A stretch of 64,000 nt of DNA from positions 62,001-126,000 of the forward strand of contig JALJEE010000927.1 of assembly GCA_023231475.1 (NCBI GenBank), given 5' to 3'. Both the position numbers and the translations under genes were made by a program. The notes below the pieces were generated by a model, which worked only from the letters and a program-made list of their open reading frames with translations, had not been told where the DNA came from and did no database searches. The number at the start of each line of letters is the position of its first letter. The stretch's first letter is position 1. Shown here piece by piece: positions 53,487 through 64,000 of the stretch. Source of the stretch: Seison nebaliae. Taxonomy: Eukaryota.

Positions 53487-56163
53487 CTAATAATTTGGGG
53501 GTCGATGCATCATTGGACGAGACATCATTGATGGAGGCAATTGTGCAATCAATTCATACCCATCATCTGGCTGCTGCATCATCATTCCATTATGGAACGA
53601 TTTACGATCCACATGTGCCACGTTCATTGGAGGCATGTCCATCGGATTATTACTAATAGAACTCATCAAATGAGTAGGAACTTCGTTTGATGGTGGAGGC
53701 ATCGGATTATTTCTATTTGGCATCTCGCAAAATGGTCGAACGGTAGCATTTCTATTCATCATAGCGAATGCATCTTCATTCATCATTCGCTGAACAAAAA
53801 AAGTATATGGAGAAGAATTATTATTCGTTTCGTTCAAAAATTATTTCTTTTCAAAATCTCACTCACACATTAACTCGTACTGGATTTAATTTTCAATTAT
53901 CACAATTCAAACTTTAATTTTCTTAGACTTATTATTGCTATCTAATTTATCCTCTTAATTCACTCTCATTCAGAATAAACAAATGAAACATTTTATATCA
54001 TGTTTCTTAATGATCATAGAGATATCGATCATAAAATGAATGTGAATTCGAAACGTTCAAACCAATTTCTATTTAAAGTCTTTAATTGAAAAATGAACTT
54101 TCAAAAGATTTCAATAGAATTGATTGAACGAAATTATAAATTGTGATTCGAATTATCAATTATTTTCAATTATCGATAATTTGATAAAACTCCAAAAAAA
54201 ACTTCTTATTACTAAAATGATATAGGAATTATTCACATTAAAATATGTGATATCTCCTTCTCCTCTGAATATATAAGTAGAAAGTCTTAATCAATCAAAA
54301 TATTCCGTTGATGATTGCAATGAACATCATAGATATATTAATTAATCGTGAAGAACATATTAATTTCGATAATAAATCGAATAGAATCTTCTTGTTTAAA
54401 TACTTAACAGAATATTTCATACACACTCAAATACTTTCTTATTTTCATAATTGAATGAACTTATTATCCACAACTGGAATTCACACAATAATCAAATGAA
54501 AAATAACCCCGTCCATTGGCATTGAATTGTTCACCATATCGAATGGTTGATATTGATTATTACCATTATCCATTGAATGCATCATCTCTTCAATATTCTG
54601 TTTGGAATTCCTTGAAAAAAGAAAAAATAAATAAAATTGAAATAAAAGTAGAATTACAAACTTTAATATTTCACTTGTCTTATTCACTTCATGTCCTTGT
54701 TGTAAATCTCTTAATTGATCTTCTTTCTTCTTCAACTCTTTTCTCAACATTTTAGTATGATGATTCATTATCAATTCAGTCATTTCCATCTCTAATGCAT
54801 TCCTCTCCAATTCGATATGTTTCTTCACACGATCAATCATCGATTTTTCATCGTTATCCAACTTTCGCCATCTAGCAGCAATTTTAAATTCTAGACTATT
54901 CATCCCAGCAAATCGAGGTGATTGTTCTCGATCCTTCTCAAATTCAGGTGTTCGATCGATCATTTTTTCAGAATAACCATCTTCGAATTCAGACATATCA
55001 TATTTCTCCACTTGTACTGGCCGAGTGGAATTAGTTAAGAGAAAGAATCCTTCCGTACATTTCCTTATTGCTTGAGTACATGAACTTTTCTTGTCAAATT
55101 CGACAATTCCTTCACCAATTGATTTTCCTTTATCGTCCACTTTCACTATAGCTCGTTCCACTTCCCCAAACATACTAAACGCTTCTTTCAAATATTCTTT
55201 TGAAACGGAAACTGATAAATTCTTTACCAAAATCGACGTGGAAGATAATGCGAATCTGACTGTTAACGTTCTTCCTTTAAACATACAACCATCCATTACA
55301 TCGATGGCCGTTTCAGCTTCTTCTCTTGTTCGCAGTTTGATGAATCCATATCCCTTCGAACTGTTGAGATAAGCTTCTCCCAAATCACCAAATGGTGCAA
55401 ATAACGCTTTGAATTCATCTTCGGTGACATTACTCGATAATCCGCCAATAAACAATCGATATCTATTAGAAAAATATCGTTCTTCTGATGCATCATTGGA
55501 TGATGTTCGTTTCATTAATTTAACATCTAATTCCTTTCCATTTTGTGTGATGAATTGATAATTATTAATTCCATTCATCAATTTCTTATGATCCATCTTC
55601 TTATTATTTCCATTTTTCATATGTGTATTTCCCGATGATTCCACTTTTAATTTCTTCAGAGGAATTATTCCATTATTCTCGTCTCGTCCATTCGATTGAA
55701 TATCCTTCTCACTCTGAATATTATCGCTACTCCCATTCTTCTGATGTTTCTTACCATTCATCTTCTGATGCTTATTGATACTATTTTGACGAGTTTGTTC
55801 TTCATTATTCTTGTTAGTCTTATTATTTCCATTGATAGCTTGATAACTAGTATTAAAAGATGTTGCCGCTGGTGGAAACGAATCACGTTTACGCATCGAT
55901 TCCGTCGAATTAACAAACCGGAATCCTTGTACTCCAGGAAACGCACGATTCTCTCCTAAATGTCCATACATATCTACACAATGTATTATAAATACGCTAT
56001 TCTCTCAAAATGAAATGAAGAAATCGAAAAATATCAAATGTACAAAAACGAATTTTCTATTTGTATAAAGCAGAGAAGTAAGTTATCCGTACGTTAGTAT
56101 CTCGTGGATAAACATGGATCACGTATTTCTTATTGACTTCTTTCCAGTTGCCAATGCATTCAT
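53487..56163 (-). CDS. DBHS-family RNA-binding protein (NonO/PSPC1/Hrp65-like)
   Basis: Tandem RRMs (RLFIGGL..KGYGFIKL; VKNLS..FGEVERAIVKVDDKGKSIGEGIVEF), NOPS (FFLLTNSTRPVQVE..PRFA), coiled coil and an M/P-rich last exon 53789-53487. First exon 56163-56092 is inferred. Confidence 0.9.
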
Positions 56164-56504
56164 TTGCTCAAAAATCATAAACAAATTCTAAGCCTATTTA
56201 TCCACCCGATGTGCATGTACGTTTCGTCATCAAAACTATTTCACATAGATGATTCATTGATTGAACTTCATCAAGTTCCTTCAAATAAGAATCTGGTTAA
56301 ATATTAAAAATATTTGAAATTAAAAGTTTAAAAGTTAAGCTTCTAAAAAATTGATATATAAATAACACAAATTAAAATTTTGATAAATTATCATGAAATT
56401 TGAAATTGAACCTAAATTGTTAATTGGAAAAACTTGTTGTCAATCAATTTAAGATTAGGTGAATATAGAAAAGTTGTTTTTAATTATTTCAATTAAAAAT
56501 TTAA

Positions 56505-56594
56505 TGCCCCGGGTGAGGATCGAACTCACGACCTTCAGATAGCTTATATTTTTGATTATGAGACTGACGCGCTAACCAACTGCGCTACCGAGGC
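56505..56594 (-). tRNA. Elongator tRNA-Met(CAT) with a 16-nt intron
   Basis: GCCTCGGTAGCGCAGTTGGTTAGCGCGTCAGTCTCATA[ATCAAAAATATAAGCT]ATCTGAAGGTCGTGAGTTCGATCCTCACCCGGGGCA; acceptor stem pairs; A and B boxes; intron 56556-56541 at position 37/38; T-run terminator just downstream. Confidence 0.95.
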
Positions 56595-57083
56595 GATAAT
56601 TTAATGTAGAAATTCGTACTAAATAGTTAATTATTCAAAATCGAATACTAATATAACACATCCGAAATTATTAATAGTTCATAATTAATAATTTTTTCTT
56701 TATCCTGGCGGAAATTTTAATAATAAATAATATAATAAATTGCTTTTAAATTAATTAGACAAATTTACAACTCAATATAAAATATTCAATGGAGTTGAGA
56801 TGAATGAATGATAAAGCAGCGTTAGAGTTGTGATTGATGCTAAATTAAATTATAAATTTGTATAAAAAAAAGAATGAAAATTTTTTTATTTTCAATTCTC
56901 TTTCACTTTCCACTTTCGTATGGTTTCGAAATCGAACATTTAATGACTTCATTTGAACATTTATAGGGAATTGACTAAACATCTCTTCTAAACTGTTATA
57001 TTTCACAACTAACATCTAAAATATCAGAACGGTTGATTGAGAATTCTTTACAGAAACTGGCGAGCGCATTCAAAAGGTTTGTT

Positions 57084-58148
57084 ATGGGAAGTAACACTTC
57101 CCATGACTCGAAAGGGTCAGTGGAACTATTTTTTCAGAAGAAATTAGAAACAATGAAAAAAGATTTTGAAGAGATTTGGATGAAAGATCAATGTTCTAGA
57201 GAAAGTTTGAGAAGTTTCGAACCGTTAAGAACGATTGGTGCTGGTTCGTTTGGAAGAGTGGTTTTAGCTAGGCACAAAGAGAACAATATATTTTATGCTC
57301 TGAAAATGATGGATAAAGAGAAGGTTGTAAAAAGAAAACAAATTGAACATACTTTAACCGAAAAGAATATTCTTTCTGCTATAAAAATGGATTTCATTGT
57401 TACCCTTCATTATTGTATGCAGGATAGTACGACTTTATATTTCGTCCTCTCTTATATACCAGGTGGAGATATGTTTAACTATCTTCAGAAAGTAGGTAGA
57501 TTAAATGAAGATAATGCTAAATTTTACGCATGTCAGATACTTTTCGCTCTAGAATATTTACACACACTCCAAATCTTATACAGAGATCTTAAACCGGAGA
57601 ACGTCATGTTAGATAAGAACGGTTATATTCGTTTAACTGACTTAGGTTTTGCTAAGCAAGTTACTGAACGTACTTGGACTTTATGTGGTACACCAGAATA
57701 TTTAGCTCCGGAAGTTATTCTCTCGAAAGGTTATGGCAAATGTGTTGATTGGTGGGCATTCGGTGTGTACATTTACGAGATGACTGCTGGATATGCACCA
57801 TTCGTTTCTGATGAACCTATACAAATTTATGAGAAAATTGTTTCTGGAAAAGTAACTTATCCCACACATTTCTCCACTAAACTCATTCATTTACTTTGCG
57901 GTCTTTTGGAAGTGGATGTAACAAGAAGATTAGGTAATACTCATCCAGGTGTAGCTGCTATTCGGGGTAACAAATGGTTCCGTAAAGTTGAATGGATTAA
58001 AATTTATCAACAACAAATACCACCTCCATATGTTCCATTAATAACTTCAGAAACAGACACATCGAATTTTGAGAAATTTGCAGAAAAAGAAATGACAAAT
58101 GCGACTACTTCCAATAAAGATTATAAAACTATTTTTGCCAATTTTTAA
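57084..58148 (+). CDS. cAMP-dependent protein kinase catalytic subunit, intronless
   Basis: MGSNTS myristoylation-type start, GAGSFGRV, YRDLKPEN, RTWTLCGTPEYLAPE, DTSNF and C-terminal FxxF (FANF). Confidence 0.92.
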   Translation: MGSNTSHDSKGSVELFFQKKLETMKKDFEEIWMKDQCSRESLRSFEPLRTIGAGSFGRVVLARHKENNIFYALKMMDKEKVVKRKQIEHTLTEKNILSAIKMDFIVTLHYCMQDSTTLYFVLSYIPGGDMFNYLQKVGRLNEDNAKFYACQILFALEYLHTLQILYRDLKPENVMLDKNGYIRLTDLGFAKQVTERTWTLCGTPEYLAPEVILSKGYGKCVDWWAFGVYIYEMTAGYAPFVSDEPIQIYEKIVSGKVTYPTHFSTKLIHLLCGLLEVDVTRRLGNTHPGVAAIRGNKWFRKVEWIKIYQQQIPPPYVPLITSETDTSNFEKFAEKEMTNATTSNKDYKTIFANF

Positions 58149-58371
58149 GTTCATAAAATATCAAATTATCACTCGGATACCTTCCTAATCATTTCAATTC
58201 TTTCCCGTAAATTTTTTATTTTCACAACTTAATGTCATTAGTCCAAAGATCATCTTCAAATTGTTTATTTATTTTTATCTCTTTTATAATTTCAGGTTAC
58301 TTTTATTTCTTATTATTATTATTTTATTTTCATTCATTGAACATTCACACGAACAATAGTAATCGGTCGAA

Positions 58372-59166
58372 ATGATAAAAACGGTTTTGATTTTCAATCG
58401 TCATGGGAATATACGCTTCTTCAAAACATTCACACCTATCGTTAGTTCATTGATAGATTTATTATGTAAAAGTTAAATGTGAAAAGGATGTAAAAAATCG
58501 AACAAAATTGAAACAATATTTATATCTTGAAATCAATAAAAGAACGAGAGACAATCCTTTATTTTTTCATATACCCAGGTTATTATTCTAAATATTTTAT
58601 GTTCTGACTCTAGAATTTTTCAGTTCTGAATTTTATGAAGAAGAAGAAGAAGTATTGACTGTTATTTATCGAAAATTTGCTACATTATATTTCGTATTCA
58701 TTTGTGACGATTCTGAGAATATATTATCCGTCATCGATTTCATACATGTTTTTGTTGAAGTTTTGGATAATTATTTTAATAACGTCTGTGAATTGGATAT
58801 CGTATTTCATTTCAATGAAGTTCATAATATTTTTCTTTGTTTATAATATATTTCTTATTCTTCACTTTATTCTTCTCAGGTACATGATATATTTAAAGAG
58901 ATTGTTCATAATGGAATAGTTATTGATACATCGGTATCTAATATATTGGAGAATATAACAGAAGAGAAAAATAAGGCGGCGAATGAAGTTACTTTTTCTT
59001 TCGAAATTTTTTAATGTATTTATCATAAATTTAGTCATCATTAATGATATATGGGAAAGATAAAATTGATAAAAATCAATCAATACGGAAATTTATTGAA
59101 CATTCTCCTTATCAGGTGGAAAAGAATTATGCATCAATAGTTCGTAAAATTCGAAGTAAATTGTAA
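58372..59166 (+). CDS. AP3S1: AP-3 complex sigma subunit
   Basis: MIKTVLIFNRHG, YRKFATLYFVFICD, NVCELDIVFH, VHDIFKEIVHNGIVIDT across five exons with GTT..AG introns. Confidence 0.82.
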
Positions 59167-59443
59167 AATAAAATAATACTTAATTTCAGTTTTATTTAAA
59201 CAATTAAGAAAAAAACGTAAAATTAAATTTCTGTTAATTTTATAAGTTTTTATATATCTGTAAAATGTTTTTATTTTTTTTTCTATTGTAATTAAGCTTC
59301 AGATTGAAAAAGAGAAAAAACGTAATATAAACATATAATATCAGAGAGCTGATGAGAGAGAAAAGAATAATTTAATTTTAATTGAATTGAAGCTTTAGAA
59401 ATAAGAAGTTCGATAATTTTCTATTTATCCTAGTTTTCTCTTA

Positions 59444-61186
59444 ATGTACCAAAGTAAATATAATGACATGTTCAATTATCAAGATAATTTTCGTAAATCG
59501 CAGCGTAGTTGCATTGATCCTTTTCCGCGACCTCCAGAATATTACAAGAAAGTTACTCCACCTATGAACAAACCAATGGTGCAATCTGGTTACAATTTCA
59601 ATGTTGAAAGTTTCCATCGGAATTGGTCGGATTGTCTTTATCATAAGAAATCATTTGGTAATGGCGAAGAAGAAGATGATGATCTGGAAGAATATGTTTT
59701 GGAAAGTAAAAAGTTAAAATTGAAGGAAAAATTGAAAATAATTTTGTTATTGACTCTCAAATATTTGTTGATATTATTATCAATTCTATTCATTTTATTG
59801 TCGCAAGTCATCTATCTCAATATTGGTTTAAGGAAATCGTCGTCAGATAAATCGATGTCTTCAATTCAACATTATGGTAATAATTTTTGTTCAACTGATG
59901 AACGTGCATGTTGTACTCAATATTTACAATTACTTAAGACGTATAAGAAATATGGAGAATTTAATGAAATTATTAATTTGTGTAAAAATAATCAACTTTC
60001 CAAATGGAGTATCGAAATCGTTCACCATAGAACTCAATTTTTATTAATAACAATAATTCTCCTAATAATTTATTCGATGGAATTGTCCCATATTATATGG
60101 TATGAATGGAAGATTGTCAAATTTAACACGATTACTCTATCCACATTACAATTGAGTTTAATTATCATATTTGAGTTGTTTTTAATGATTTCCCAAATAT
60201 TTATATTCCAATATATTATTCTAATCAATAATCGTTATTTATTCGAATTGATAATTTTTCAATTATCGTTTCTGATCCTCATTGATTATCTTTATCGATT
60301 ATTGATTAAATATTTATCAACTAATAAATATTCATTCGAATTCACAACTATACGATGTAATGATGGTTTTTCGAGAAAATTTACGATAAGTCATTATCCG
60401 GATAATATGAAACAATTACGAAATTTAATTTTAAACAATTATTCAAAGAAATTTTCGAAATTAAATCCATCTTCACTACATTTACTACCAACAGATTGTG
60501 ATATCATCAACATTTTCCTTCGTAGTATTTTAACATCGAAAATCCCATCATATTCTCCCCCAACCACCAATTCTACAGTTCCATGGAATGAGACAAATTC
60601 GTCTATCGAATCTGCTTCAACAACAACAACACCGGGGACGAAAATCCTAAAATTGGATGGAGAAGATAAATCGAAGAATTCAAATGGAATTTTTCTCGGT
60701 ATTGGAGATTTATGGGGGAATTTAGTAATGAATATGGAGCAAAGAAATTTAATTGCTACATCTTTCACTTATATTTCTTCTTCGTTTAGTATGTGGACGA
60801 AAACGATAAAGTGTGTGGAAGAATCGGGTAATATTTATCAAGCAACATATGACGAATTAGCACAATTAGTTGTGGGATGTCTATCGAACATTAACATCAG
60901 TTATGTTATTAGTCGAGAAGATAAATTGCAATTAATTAATCAAATTGCTTCCTGTATACGTTGGGAATGTAAATTCAAGCAATCTAATTTCATTCCAAAC
61001 GATACCATCGAAAATTCGAATAATCATTCCTTTCAGGATTTAAATGAAAAATTTGATTATTCATATTATTCATCGAAATCCGATCAAAATCTCTATTATT
61101 TCTATATCAATTCATTCTCCAATTCACATAAAATACGTTTACTTACTGTCATTCGACGAATTTTAAAGGAAAAATGGGCAAAATAA
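59444..61186 (+). CDS. Orphan multi-pass membrane protein (580 aa, intronless)
   Basis: Long ORF with about 4 hydrophobic segments in the N-terminal half and a Cys-rich loop. Confidence 0.7.
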   Translation: MYQSKYNDMFNYQDNFRKSQRSCIDPFPRPPEYYKKVTPPMNKPMVQSGYNFNVESFHRNWSDCLYHKKSFGNGEEEDDDLEEYVLESKKLKLKEKLKIILLLTLKYLLILLSILFILLSQVIYLNIGLRKSSSDKSMSSIQHYGNNFCSTDERACCTQYLQLLKTYKKYGEFNEIINLCKNNQLSKWSIEIVHHRTQFLLITIILLIIYSMELSHIIWYEWKIVKFNTITLSTLQLSLIIIFELFLMISQIFIFQYIILINNRYLFELIIFQLSFLILIDYLYRLLIKYLSTNKYSFEFTTIRCNDGFSRKFTISHYPDNMKQLRNLILNNYSKKFSKLNPSSLHLLPTDCDIINIFLRSILTSKIPSYSPPTTNSTVPWNETNSSIESASTTTTPGTKILKLDGEDKSKNSNGIFLGIGDLWGNLVMNMEQRNLIATSFTYISSSFSMWTKTIKCVEESGNIYQATYDELAQLVVGCLSNINISYVISREDKLQLINQIASCIRWECKFKQSNFIPNDTIENSNNHSFQDLNEKFDYSYYSSKSDQNLYYFYINSFSNSHKIRLLTVIRRILKEKWAK

Positions 61187-61580
61187 TTTTCTGAGATATC
61201 TCTCTATTAATTATAAATATAAATGTTTTTTTTTCTTCAACAATTTTCCCTTATCCCATTCCTCTTATTTGCCCCATTAAAATTTTTTTGTTTTTCAATT
61301 AAAAAATTATTGAAATGAAATTTTTCGTAAAAAGATTTTTGTTGAGAATTTCATTATTCGAATTGGAAAAAAAGATATAAGAATAAATAATAATAATCTA
61401 AGTAACTTATGCTTATCAATTAAATTAAAAATGTTTTCATCTCTAATTATTGAAAGTTTGAATTGAATGAAAAATTTATTTTCACGTTTTTCTTTCAGTC
61501 TTTTTATACAATATCATATCATTGAATATGACAAATACAAATCTTTTATTCTAGTAAAGAAAAAGACAGAATTAAAGATA

Positions 61581-63200
61581 ATGTATTCGTGTTATGGTGA
61601 TGATGAAGATGATGAGATGATGGAGACATCACAATGTTTTTTATGTGAAGAGGAGTTTGGAAACGCTTTGAAATTCTGGAGTCATTTTGTGGATAGACAT
61701 TGTGAGTCAAAAGAAGAATTTTCTGAGATATTTTCTATGTTTGATGCTGATCAATATAATTATTTGAGATTTGTCAATTATATGAGATCAGTAGAAAAGA
61801 AGAAGTTATTGAAGGAAGATGAAAATAGTAGATTGAATTTAAATTTTATTCGGTCAACTATTGGAGAATGGAAAGGAAAGAATGAATATCTTCGACCGAA
61901 GATCATGAATGATATTCTCCTTCAATTTGATATTGTTGATGATATTGGAGATTTATCTTCATTATTCGATCTGGTTAAATTGCATGAAATTTCAACCGAT
62001 TCAAATAACGTCCAAATGAAATTGATGAGTCAAATTCAATCATTGACGAAAGAGAATGAAAAACTTGTTGGGAAATTAAAGAAGTTTTATCAAATCGATC
62101 CAATGACTCATATCGATAATATTGATCGATTAAACAATTTGGAAGAAGATATAAAAGATATTGATAATATCAGTTCAGTTTGTCGATTGACTGAAAATGA
62201 TGACAATAATTATATTTGTAGTTACGAGCAATTGGCAATGCATGAAACGATGATTAATGATAAATCGCGAACTTCTTCTTATTTGAAAGCGATAGAAGAG
62301 AATATGAGAATTCTTTTAGAAAAACAAACAGAAATTAATGTTCTCGATGTTGGTAGTGGAAGTGGAATTTTGTCAATGTTTGCAGCAAAATCAGGTGCAA
62401 CGAAAGTCATCGGAGTTGAGATGGCACCGTCAATTGGGAAGGTTTCTGAGTCATTAATAAAGAAGAATAATTTGAATAATAAATGTCAAATCGTTCATGG
62501 GAAATTGGAGGATAATTTAGAGTTGATAGAAAAGTCGATCGATGGGAAGAAATTCGATATGATCATTTCTGAATGGATGGGTTACTGTCTCGTATTTGAG
62601 GGTATGTTGGACTCGGTTTTATTTGCAAGAGATCGATTAATGAAAGAAAATGGAATTATATTACCGAATAAAGCTAATATTCATGTGGTTTTATTAGACG
62701 ATGAAGAATTATATGAAAAAGAAATTGGTAGTTGGTATAATAAATATGATTTGGATTTATCAATATTTGCGGAAAATAATTTGTCAATTGGAAATGAATA
62801 TATTGCAGATGAAAAAACAATAATTTCTCAATCTAATAGTATTGGAGAGATTGATATAATGAAAGTAAATTCACCAGCTCCTTCTTCAACTAATCAAATT
62901 ATTTACGATATGGATTCTACAAACGATTATTTAATTACAACAGATGGCGTTCTTCGACAAATTTGTCTTTATTTCGATGTTCAATTCGAACCTTCAACTA
63001 TCGTCTTATCAACATCACCAGCCAATGTGTCAACTCATTGGAAGCAGATCGTCTTATTTGTGAAGACTCCAATTAATGTGAAAAGAGATGAATTAGTCAA
63101 ATTAAGAATAAAATTGGTGAGACCAAAAGATAATGTTCGTTCGGTTGATATTCATGTTGAATTGAACAATAAAGTTAAAGATATTTATGAATTAAGATGA
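61581..63200 (+). CDS. PRMT3: Protein arginine N-methyltransferase 3, intronless
   Basis: N-terminal C2H2 finger (CFLC..HFVDRH), YNYLRFVNYMR, VLDVGSGSGILSMFAA, ISEWMGY and THWKQ. Confidence 0.9.
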   Translation: MYSCYGDDEDDEMMETSQCFLCEEEFGNALKFWSHFVDRHCESKEEFSEIFSMFDADQYNYLRFVNYMRSVEKKKLLKEDENSRLNLNFIRSTIGEWKGKNEYLRPKIMNDILLQFDIVDDIGDLSSLFDLVKLHEISTDSNNVQMKLMSQIQSLTKENEKLVGKLKKFYQIDPMTHIDNIDRLNNLEEDIKDIDNISSVCRLTENDDNNYICSYEQLAMHETMINDKSRTSSYLKAIEENMRILLEKQTEINVLDVGSGSGILSMFAAKSGATKVIGVEMAPSIGKVSESLIKKNNLNNKCQIVHGKLEDNLELIEKSIDGKKFDMIISEWMGYCLVFEGMLDSVLFARDRLMKENGIILPNKANIHVVLLDDEELYEKEIGSWYNKYDLDLSIFAENNLSIGNEYIADEKTIISQSNSIGEIDIMKVNSPAPSSTNQIIYDMDSTNDYLITTDGVLRQICLYFDVQFEPSTIVLSTSPANVSTHWKQIVLFVKTPINVKRDELVKLRIKLVRPKDNVRSVDIHVELNNKVKDIYELR

Positions 63201-63433
63201 ATATAATTCTCATAATTATCATTCTTATTCAATTTCTTTATAATTATATAAATATAATATTTTTATTTTTCTATACAAAATTATTAAATAAATTTATATT
63301 ATTTTCTTTTATTGTAAATAAACTTTTAAGCAGTTGACAATTGAATTATTCAGATTGACATGGTGACTCGATTTAACTTGACTTCTCAATTATCAATTGT
63401 TGGCTTGATACTTGTGAGATGTTTTGTTAATTA

Positions 63434-64000
63434 ATGAAGAGATTATCAGTTGTTGAATATATGAAACGATGTGGGAGAGAAACTTCATTTGATGATCATT
63501 CTTTAAACATGAGTTTCCCTCGACGTCACAATGGGAACAATGAAAAAAAAGAGCTGATGAATAAACAAAAATTGAGATGTGAATTGAATGAAAATAAAAT
63601 TGAAGGATTTATGAAGAATAATAAGAAATCAAAAAGAGTTTCTTATAAAATTATTTTAATCACCTCGATGACTGTTTGGTTCTTATTAGAATTGACGAAA
63701 AAAAATAAATCGGTTAATGATTTTTCAATTATATCAAAGGAAATTCGGAAAGATTTCCAAAATTTCTTCTATGAACGAAAAGATCGTTCGTTCCTTTTAG
63801 AAGATGAGAAGCGTTTTATTAAAAAATTAGAAACAATCTTCAAATCTTATTATAATGAGAAGATTCTGAAACGGAACCAGATGAATGCACCATTCACTTT
63901 GATAATTTATACAAATAAGACAAATGAGATTAATTTAAAGAAAGTGGGAAGAAGAATAGAGCGAATCTTTCAGAAACAATTCCATAAACGTCAGAAATAT
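63434..64000 (+). CDS. Partial ORF, probable type II membrane protein, runs off the window end
   Basis: Open from ATG 63434 to the window end with one hydrophobic segment (IILITSMTVWFLL). Not in the ORF track because the stop lies outside the window. Confidence 0.6.
   Translation, partial: MKRLSVVEYMKRCGRETSFDDHSLNMSFPRRHNGNNEKKELMNKQKLRCELNENKIEGFMKNNKKSKRVSYKIILITSMTVWFLLELTKKNKSVNDFSIISKEIRKDFQNFFYERKDRSFLLEDEKRFIKKLETIFKSYYNEKILKRNQMNAPFTLIIYTNKTNEINLKKVGRRIERIFQKQFHKRQKY

Overview
AT-rich, gene-dense eukaryotic (animal) genomic DNA, not prokaryotic. Most introns are 38-62 nt, so the ORF track shows only exon fragments. Splicing by hand gives about 22 protein-coding loci: a trypsin-family protease missed by the ORF track, a DEAF1-type SAND protein, eIF5, SMSr/SAMD8, a nine-finger TFIIIA-like protein, an NK2 homeobox gene, an H3.3-like histone, RPL4, an EHBP1-like protein, POLG, beta-hexosaminidase, SNX3/12, cortactin, ZFAND1, a DBHS (NonO/PSPC1) protein, a PKA catalytic subunit, AP-3 sigma, PRMT3 and several orphans. 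The window also holds a U18-type C/D snoRNA in RPL4 intron 2 and an intron-containing elongator tRNA-Met. The strongest signal is an apparently rewired splice code. About 58 of about 64 introns I placed begin GTT instead of the usual animal GTA/GTG, none begins GTG, and GTTAGT recurs, which predicts an altered U1 snRNA or altered 5' splice-site recognition. AAG acceptors without pyrimidine tracts are also common. The H3.3-like histone has an extra glycine just before K36. All exon structures are manual predictions from reading frame and remembered homology, with no RNA evidence or database search.
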